Below are positions 25,738-36,600 of a DNA stretch of 64,000 nt, in pieces. The position numbers were made by a program, and so were the translations under genes. The stretch's first letter is position 1. The number at the start of each line of letters is the position of its first letter. The notes below the pieces were generated by a model, which was given only the letters and a program-made list of their open reading frames with translations, ran no database searches and had not been told where the DNA came from. Origin of the DNA: Schmidtea polychroa (lineage: Eukaryota). Location: contig CM097886.1 in the NCBI GenBank assembly GCA_044892525.1, forward strand, positions 44,516,001-44,580,000, given 5' to 3'.

Positions 25738-28700
25738 TAATATTACAATTAAATATTAATTAATAAATTTTTGAACAAAAGTTTCAAAAAAAACTGTTAT
25801 AATTTATAATAATCTATAATCATATATGTTTCATTTGGGTAAAAATTTCTCTGCTTATTCCTTTTCCTCCAATGAAAACAGGGAATCGAAAATTTGTCCT
25901 TATTGGAGAAGAGGAATCAATCCATAAATACAATTGTCTTTAATTAAAAATAATTGAAAATATTAATTTATATTTAATATGAAAATTAATGTCCCCTTTT
26001 ATAAGTGAGTATTTTTTTTCACATTTAAAATTTTCAAATCTATTGTTGGCAATTGGACAAAATATTTCAGTAAATCTATGAATTTTTCTTTTTACATTTA
26101 ATTTTACAAAAGAGATATTTTCCGATGCCAAAAAGTTGATCTTCTTTACTGAATTTTGGACCTTGAAGCAAAATTAAAGACAGACAAACACATATGAAAA
26201 ACAGATGAAAATATTAAACAAGTAAGAAGTTATTATAATTATCAACCTATGTATCAAAATACTGAAATTCAACCCGGCCAGGAAACGAAGCGAAAAGGAC
26301 ACTCATCGCTAGTGTCTATGATTTTATCAACATAAATGTTTTCCAAGATGCGACAGAACCCGAAACCCACAATCACTATTCCTCACCACAGAACCATGTC
26401 AATGGCAAAACTTTGTTACTACAAAAAAAGGAAAAGTGCAATGCAGTTTTTAATTCAATGATAAGTTTTAACTTATTTCGCGTAAAATTTAATAAATTTT
26501 TCTTATTTGGTTACTGTGTTTCATATTTATATAATTTTTCTTTTAAAAATTTACCACAATTTATTCGTATACTAGATCAGGGCTGTCCAACTGGCGGCCC
26601 GCGAGTACCTTTTACTATGAATAAATTTATTTTACTAAATTATTATTATTAATATTAAAATTATTTTACTATGTGAAAATTTACATCTAATTTGAATTTA
26701 AAATAGGTACTATTTAGTTTACGTAACTTCACTTAACCTGGCTGAATACAGATGATAGTTGGCTCAACTTTGGTGCAACATATTATATTTGTGGTCGGTT
26801 GGTTTATCTATGGTTGGTGTATGTGATGCGCAAACTACCCTGCGCTATTTAGTTGATTCATGCAATCGTGCGAGTGCAGTCTTGTCTAGAATTTGCTGAG
26901 GGGTGACTGTGTTATAATATTATTAACTTAATTTCATAATTATTTATTATTTAAAATAATTATTGAATATGAGTGCTAATAATAAAAGAAAAATAGACCT
27001 CGAAAATCTAGAATTTCAAGATCGCTGGGAGATAGATTATTTATTTATTCTGAACAAGAATAGTAAACCACAGTGTTTGGAATGTTTACAAATCATAGCT
27101 GTGGTAAAAATATAACTTGAAGCGCTATTATCTTTCGATGCATGAAAAGTATCAACCGTACACGCGAGACATGAAAATACCACTAGTAAAAGAAGTAAAA
27201 AACAGCTGGATCATCAAACAAACTATTTTAATCAAGAATAAAAATTTCTAGAAGCATATGCAGCTGCATCGTTTGAAGTTTGTTTAGAAATAGTAAAGGC
27301 AAAGAAGCCATTTTTAAATGGAGAATTAATTAAAAAATGTACAATAAAAATGGCTCAAGCATTTAATGACAACGAAATGATAAGAAAATTTCAAACAGTA
27401 TCACTTTCTCACCAGACTGTAAGCCGACATGTAAATGAGATTAGCATGTATGTCACTAATAAATTAGAAAACTTAATCAATAGTTGCTGCTATTTTTCGG
27501 TAGCATTGGATGAAAACCCAGAGATTTCTGATACAAGTCAAATGCTTATCTTTATAAGAACTGTATATGAAAACTATAATTATTCAGAAGAACTTTTAAA
27601 ATTACAATCATTACACGGAACAACAAAAGGTGAAGATATTTACAAATAATTAAAATGTGCAGTAGAGCAGTATGGCGGATTTGACAAGTGCACTGCTATT
27701 GTAACCGACGATGCTACAGCTATGACGGGCAAAAACATTGGGCTTGCGGGACTTTTGCAAAAAGAAGGAATAACATGTCGTATGTTTCACTGTATTATCC
27801 ATCAAGAGGCATTATGTGGTTTACCCCTACAACTAAAAGACGTAATGGACAAGGTTTGCAAAATTACTAATTTAATTCGCGGTGGAAATCGTTCTCTTAC
27901 ACACCGAAAATTTAAAAAATTTTTTGGATGAATTGGAAACTAAGTATGGAGTAACACAGTAACGTTTATTGGTTAAGTGCTTGAGGAGATTCTTCACACT
28001 TCGAAAAGAAGTTCATCTTTTTCTCACAGAAATTGCCGTCGATGAAAGTTTGACAGCAAATTTAGTCGATAAAAATTTTATTTATTCACTTGCTTTCCTA
28101 ACGGACATTACAAATTATTTAAATATTTTGAATAAATCATTGCAAGGACAAGATCAAAATTTGTGTTGCCTTTATAAATATATTACGGGATTTAGAAACA
28201 AATTAAAATGTTCCTGAAAGTTATTTGAAAATATTATTATATCATCAATATAAACTAGTTCGTTTGGGATGTTCCGTAACACAAAATTCATACCTCGCTG
28301 GTATTGATTTACCATTAATTGTTATGCTTCCCTTTATATATGATTTTTTTTTGGTTTTTGCGCTAACCCCAACAATGAAATGAAAACAAAATTGTACATG
28401 TTTGAATAGACTAATTTATTCTTATCAAAAATTAAGTGGGAAACTTGAGCGTGGTGTTCCTTGCACAACTCTTTAAGATTCGGTCGTGTTTTTGACAGAC
28501 ACATATGAAGTTCATCTTCCAGACAGCTGTTGGAATTTTCTAATAGAGTAATCCGGCTCACCAGCACAAAGGTGTTTTCGATTACAGAGACTCCTGATAG
28601 TTCATGTGCTCTGGCTGGGTCAGAAGGGTTATGTGGTTTTTGTTTTAGTAATAAATTTCGTATTAATGTTTTATGTAGTTTTTCAACTTAATTATTTTAA

Positions 28701-31700
28701 ATGTTAAAAAAATCTTCTTGCTAAATTTAAATAAATTAGTATATAATAATTCACCATCAGTATGTATACGTAATAGAATCCTATTGATTAGATTAGTTTA
28801 ATAGAAATCAAATCTAGGAGTTACTTTAATGGATACAATGTTTTTTTCTTGCATATAAATAGATTTTGAAGTACTCTATTTAAATATAAGGGTTTGTTAT
28901 CGTTTTTTGTATGGAAGATTTTGTGGAAATATACCATATTTATGCACTGATGCAGTAAAACAAGTTCGAATTATTTTAATTCTAGTACATTCGATTCATA
29001 ATTTTTTATCAATTTTTATGGCGATTTTTGTGCAATATATTTTATTTTTGAATTATCTTTTTATTAAATTTACCTTTTCCAGGGCATTTCCAGAACAGTC
29101 CATGCTATTTTAACCTAATTCTTGTTTTTAATTGCTTTTTTCTTAATTCTTTTTATGAATTTTGTTATTTTAAAATTTAAATATTTATTTTATAAATTTT
29201 ATTTGATCGTTTGGCGGTCATGATGGATTTCGCCATTTTGATGGGTTATTCAGGTTTTTTCAAATTTTTGCACAATTTTTTCTTTAAACTACGTTTCGTT
29301 GTGATTTTATGGAAATTTATGGAAATTAGTTTATTGTTGTAATGTGTTTTTAGGTTATATCTGAGTATGTTTCATGTAAATACTTCTTGCTCGAGTTTTC
29401 ATTTTATTTTTAATTCGGATGCTTTATTATTGTGTATTGTATTTCTCTATTATATCTGTTTTTTATATTTTTTATAAATACTCTTACTGCTGAGTATGAG
29501 TAGGCTTGCCAGAATTTTTAAAACTTAAATCGGGACAGTACAAAACATTTTTTTATATTTAATATGTTAATTTATTATGCTTATAAAAAAATTAACTAAA
29601 TTTAATAGGAACATAAAAATTCAAATTCATTTCATTAACTTATACATACATATTATACATACATTTTAAACAAACAAAACCCAAATTTATAATTCTTATA
29701 ATGATGAACCAGGGAAAATATAACAATTTTTTAACAGCTGAAACTAGTAAGGGAAATTGTGTCATGTAGATATTCTCCTGTACGATATTCTATATCTATT
29801 AAATAGATATTCTCCTATTCAATAGAATTCTGCAAAATCATGTTAAAAATGATGTCCAATGTGCGTATGAACTATTGCTAGACATAATACATTGATGGAA
29901 CTCAATTGCGTCTTTGATAGAAAGATTTTTGAAGTTAGAAAAACCAATTTCTCAAAAGATTTAAATTCTTATTATTAGACGGATAAAATTAACTTGGGGC
30001 TTATGAAAAATATGAGTCTTTCTCTACAGCCTTATCAGTGGAATCATTAAATCGAAAAGACGTTTTATATTTCTTAAGAAACAAAATAGAAGTAGTCGAT
30101 TCGGAAATAAGTTGGGATATGTTCCAATCAATTTAAAATCGCATTGAATCTCGAAAAAACGACAACATTACGGCTTTAATAAAATGGGTTTTTGACCAAA
30201 ATTCAATAAATGGTCCATCAAATTGATTCATTTTCCATGATGAGACTATACATCAATCGGAAGATGAATAAGAAATTCTGCGTGAAGAATCCTCGAGTTG
30301 AATCAGAATTAAAATTAATTGAAAAGAACTAAATTCATACATGTCGAATGCGTCCAACATCAAACAGGTAAGAATATCAAATAATAGTACTTTAGAATAG
30401 AATTTAAAATGTTCAAAAATTCCAAGAGAACACAAAATCTTGAACTGCAATTTCCGCACCAAAATTAGATCTCACTTTTCTTGTACATCACTTAATGCAT
30501 TAGAGTTCCTGAAATACTACTATTTACATAAAAAAGAACAAGTAAAAAGAGCTTAGTTATTTTAAATTTCATTAAAAAAAATAAAAATATTAATAAATTA
30601 TGAAATTCAATATAATTTTTTATGCGGTTATCCACTATACGTGTATAATTATAAAACTTCTATCCAATAACCACGGTTACAGGAAATCCGGATATTAGGA
30701 AACTCTAACAAAAAATTATAATTTCATTCAGTGACAAACTATTTTAAATTGTCAAGGACACGTAAGAATCTTTTATTTCAGAGGATCCTAGTTTGCTCAC
30801 TTGCTAAAAACACATGTTGCCATGTCTTTGGGTTTTTACATTCGAAATTTAGGTTCTGGAAATTCAACCCCTAATAACATCGCAGATATCGTAATAATAA
30901 TAGGAATACCAGTTTGATCTGAACTTCAAAAATATGCACAAGGAAAGAGACATGTTGGGATTATTGGCTGATTGACGTTTGAAAATCACAAGCTGGTTAG
31001 AGTAAAAAGAACGTCGAGAAAAAAATAGGTGAGCGAGATAACCCACAGAAGATTGAATAAAACTACACCCTTCTCATCTCTATGAAAGTAAAGAGATTTT
31101 CGATGCGGATAATACAGCATCAGATTATATTGTAAAATATCATGGATTTTGAGGTTTACTACTCTAACTCAGAAGCGGTACCATGTTTCAAATGATATTA
31201 ATTCCGTTATTTGGTGAATTATTGGATCGTATATAAATGAACTTTACTAAACACCAAGTCAAGTGTTTAACAAGTATGAGTATATTGTGTTAAAATTATT
31301 GCATAAATTGCATGGTCATGTTTGATTTTTATGTGTCATTAACTATGGGAATCAGAGGATAAACAGCTCATGAAAATTATATTTAAAAAATTTAAATGTC
31401 AGTTGATCCCAAAATTGTAGACAGTCCGATATCGAGTGTTACAGGAGTGATATGGTTCGTGGCTTAGTGGATGATTTCAGGATCTATAATGATGAAGCCC
31501 CAAAGAAACATTCGACCTACCTTTGGGTGAAGTAAGACAAAAAGCAATGGTGGACTGATGACTTGCTGATTATCGTTAACAAGTATTTTTGAATGAACGA
31601 ATTCACGTTCAAGATATTGGGTTGTCGAATGAGAGAAAAATTACATATCCTCCATTTTCATCTTTAATGCTTCTCTGAAGACCTGGGTGCGTACAGCGAT

Positions 31701-33625
31701 GAACACAAAGAAAGATTCCATCAAGACGTTTCTGAAATGGAAAGAAAATATCAAGGCCTCTAGAACGTATATATAATGGCTGATTACTATTAGTGTTTGG
31801 AGCGGCACAAGCCTGTTTCACATAAAAAGAAATCGCGTAGCTCCTGCATAGCTCATCCATTTAAATATATGAGGGATCACGTTTTTATTGTTTTTTATAA
31901 ATATATGTATATATAACTTAAATGTAGGATCTTCAAAATTACACGTGATCTCTAGTTAGCTGCTTAAAATCATTTATTGACATGAAATTCTTTACGGAAC
32001 TTTGCTTAGAAAAATGAATGTGCTGTTGTTTAAAATCTGAACATGATAGAGAAAAATGAACTTCAGATTAATAATCAACATGCACATATGCAAAGGAAAC
32101 ACCTGTTGAAATGAAAACAAGCACAAAAGTTTTCAAATGAAGACCAGTGTAATACGCAATTCAATAGAAAATCGATATTCAGATAAAACTGAATAAAATT
32201 CCAGGTTATCAATAAAAATTAAATGTTATTTCAAAGGAATAAATAAAAAGGAATAAAAAAGGAATAAAATTTCTCTTCTATTGTATGTCCAATTAGGAAG
32301 TGTTTATTTGAACGTGTGAATGTTTATTTGTTTTTTTTAATTTTGTATTTTCGGCTATCGAAGTGTTTGATTAGGTGTACGAAATTTAAAATTTTTAAGT
32401 TAAATTCTATCCTAATTCAGTAAATGTGTATTTTCCAAAACTGTAAGATTAAATATATAATAAACTTTATATGAAGTACATTTGTTTATAAAAGCTATTT
32501 ATTGATTTTTCCAATTTAACCACTGATTTTTTTTCATTGAATTTATTTAAAAGAGCTTTGACACTATAAATCAATAAATATATCGATATTTTTGATATTC
32601 ACGAATTTTTGGCACTGCCTTTTTATATTTATATTTTTATATCGATATATTTACTGATTTATAGTCTCCAAACTCTTTTTAATATATTTATTGATTGTTT
32701 ATATCAACAATCAATAAATATATTAACATTGATTAAATAAGTAATATCTTTTGACCATTTACAATTTTTGGTTTCTGACTTTTTGACTTTACGCACATTA
32801 TCAATTTAACCGGAAAATTCGTTTATCCGGTCTTTTTTTTCAAAATTCCCGGTCCCGCTCCATCCCGATAAACGGGGTTTTAATGTAAACAGAAAACACA
32901 TTTTGTGATTATAAAGAAAATATACCGACGCATAATTAACTGAAAATTGTGTGCTGGATGTATTTCGAATTCATCCTGACTGCATGATTCTAAAAAGGAT
33001 ATACTTGTATGCAACGAACGATGTACACATTTTCCTGCTTACAGTAGATTGAATTTGTAAATGGCCCGCAGAATTTCTTGAGTTATTTTAGAAATAATTG
33101 CATTTTGTTTGAACATTCGTTTATAGGCTTTAACTCATTGTGCAAAGAAAGGACTATATTGAGAGTTTCGCACCTAAAGAATAGGAAGATTTTTTTGTGT
33201 AATTAAAACTGTTGAAAGTTCCCTGAGTTCAAGTCCAAATAATGAAGATGCAAAATGTGAATGATATCTCCAGAAACATTGTCGATGTAATAAAAAAAAA
33301 GCTAAATCCGTTGATATTTTAAATGGTAATGAAATGAATGCTACTTCAAATAAATTAACACAAGAATTTATGAAAACCCTTTCGAAAATTACTAGTTATT
33401 GCAAAATTAAAAAACTCCACATTTTAATTGATTATTCAAAAGTATTCATTTACACAATTATATTTATTAATGAATTATAAATAATTTTATAAAATTAATT
33501 CTATATAGCAAATGCAAAATCTCACCTCGCGTATTTCTCTATCTTGAATTTTAGAATTGCAGTTGCCATGTAAACACTGGACTGGTATATTTACAGAATT
33601 CTTGATATTGTCATTCAAGCAATTT

Positions 33626-33683
<58 letters not shown>

Positions 33684-36600
33684 GATGGTTTTTAATTTTT
33701 TTTTAATGCAATCCTGACTAAACTAAATTTTTCTTTACTGATATTGTGGAATATGTTAGTTTACAATCATTTCCCGACAGGGTAGCATAGGGTAGCAACC
33801 CAAAAAGTGGGTTATAAAATAAGAGAATATATACTATCTTAAATGAAAAGAAAACTTTATAAAGCAACCTAAATTTTACGAACTCTTTAATAAATCGAAG
33901 AGGTGCAGAAAACTATTATCCTTAAATAGTTAAAAAACAAAACGGTTTCAAAAATCCTTTAATCATCGGTTTTTGGATTCCATTCTCATTCAAAAGATCT
34001 GCGTATGTGTGCCTTTAGTAGTATCAATGAAATTGAGCCTCTATTTGAATATATTTTGGGTGTAGTTGCATGAACGTTGAGTATATACAGGTCATTCATC
34101 ATTATAGAATGAATAATAGAAAGTAGGGAACTCGCATTTCTGTTTTAAGGACATAAATTTGATTATTTAACTTCCTACATCAATATTAAAATAAGCCCTC
34201 CAGGAACCTTAATATATAATTGATACAAGAATTCTAAAAATGCTTTTAACATGTAATTTCTTGCATTCTTTGTCTATGATGAGGTAGATAACGTTTTTAA
34301 AGAAACCAATTTTTTCGTAACTGCAATTTTTAATTGGGAAATAATTTTTTCTTATTATTTGAGTTAACAGGACGTATTTTATTGCTAAAAATAAGTGTGG
34401 TACACAAATTGGAAAGCCAGTTAATATAACTGTCATTTTAATTTGTTAAAGAACTAAAACTATTTAACCAAAATATAAATTAATTTTTATAAATTTTCTA
34501 GATATGGAAAAATTTTTTCTAACTTTTTATGCAATATCAGGATAGAGTAGGGGTGGGGACCCTTTTTATTTCCGTAGGCCACATTGAAATTTGTCGCCTC
34601 CATATGTGCACCTGTTTCTCCTAGTACAGACAATGTTCTTGAAAGATTTAGTCGCACAATAAAATCACGGTTTGTAGAACATGAAACGTCCTCGATGAAG
34701 AATTTCATCAAAATTTGTCAAATCGAAGAACTTAATAGTGCGTGTTTAGACAGACCGCTATACGATACGTTCGAGTTGTGTGAGAATATTCAGTTTTTTT
34801 TTCAATTTTTGTGTGAAATCGGTAATAAAAATGTCATAATAGTCTCTAAACATTCATTAGATTCCAGCGAAATTGACTTACTATGTTTTTAATACTTGAA
34901 TTTGGATTTTGAGAGATTTTATATTTAAACATGTGTTTATTGTGACTAATAAGTTGATAACTAGCTATTTGGGTCTCCAGTGCTCGTGTTTTGGTTTCGT
35001 TAAAAATAGAAGATGTAATCATATCTATAACTTTCTAAAAAGTATTAATAAGTTGAATATCCTTTATTGTTCGATTGTTAAGAGGAGAAAACGAAAAGGA
35101 AGACCAACTGCTAAAATTGCAAAAAATCCAGCTCTGAAAAAACTATCAGTCCATACCAAGGGTGGGGAACCTTTTTATTTCCATTATTTGAAATTTGTCG
35201 CCTCCAAATGGGGCCGCAGTCAGAAAGTATTTTAATATTAATTAATTTCATTTTAAATCTTTTGTTTGTATACAGTTAGTAATTAAAACAATGTTTATAA
35301 TCAGTCTGCTGATTTGAATAATGCAGCTGTACGAAATATTCTGGAAAATGTTTATTATTTCTGAATCGAATAATTGATGCAAATAAGTCATCGTTTCACA
35401 AATGAGTGCTCAATAATCTCATTTATTCGTCTACGTAAGTTTTGTATTTATGGGTGTGAATGATTGAATTTTATATTTCGTTCTTTGTACTCGGTGGGAT
35501 GCTTGTACAGTACGATATATACAGTTCAGTAGTTACAAGTATTTTTATTTGTGAATCATCACAATTCATGGTTTTTATATAAATTAAGATTTATTTCGAT
35601 AAGGCTTCGAAGGTCGCATGAGGCCTAAAGGCCGCAGGTTCCCCATTCCTGGTATAGAGTGTGCAATATGGTACAGCTTATATTTTGATGATTTTCTACT
35701 TACTACACTAAACTAAATGTTGCCTATACTAAATACGATATATTCTTTTCTATGCAAGAAATGACGAAAAAAAAATGGAGAAATATTTCAATGCCAATAC
35801 ACCAAGATATAGAATCTTAACAAAATATATTTCGATTACTTGCCGATGTATGGGAAATTCAGTTAAGGCTTATGCATTTATATGTATTCATATTGTTAGG
35901 ATTGCCAGTTTAATTAAATATTAACAATTATTGATCTAACTCCGAAGCGTGCCTTGTTTAACAAAAATAATGAGTTTCAGACAATATAACTTTTATTGAT
36001 CTGTATAGTTGATTACCAATTTACCGCGACACAATTAATTGAATATTACAACTAGGCTTCTTAGGTGCTTATTGTGACCCTCAGGGAATATTGATATTGA
36101 CTTTCGTTTATATTCCCTATGGTCAAGATATGTAATTTTTAGAAGACACCATTTCTCAGCTACCTCAGTGATCTCTTTCCGTAATCTCGTAAAGACATAA
36201 CTTAAAGATATAACTTAATTATTATGTTGAATCGTAATTAATCGATTCTCGCTACCACAGCAATTAATATAAATGGCAATATTCCCGGATGGGATAATGA
36301 TTCTAAATTTCGCATAAATTATAAACCTCACCTGCAAAACACATGACAACAATTCCTCAATTTTACTCCCAATCCTTTCGGTATAATTTTACAGCAAATT
36401 AAACATGTAAAAGTTTCATCATTCGGTAAAATGCCATGCGATTCGAGTTCTTGATCATTAGAAACGGTCTGTTGATGTTTTACTTGCAATAATACTTCAT
36501 TAGCCCTTTTCCTTTCATTTTTCTGAAATATCTTTAAAGATTTCAAATTAATATTAACGGTTTACATCCATAGTTTCTAAATATTCTTTATCTCTTTGAT

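Larger units (their letters stand above)
23201..30707 (+). mobile_element. Decayed Ac-like hAT transposon expanded to 7.5 kb by nested insertions
   Basis: TIRs TAAGGTTTCC / GGAAACTCTA; near-identical 8-bp TSD ACTAAAAA / ACAAAAAA; BED finger remnant (SSVWDYFKK..AECLKC..NHLK) at about 23607-23780; weak dimerisation-domain remnant near 30420-30545. Confidence 0.75.
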
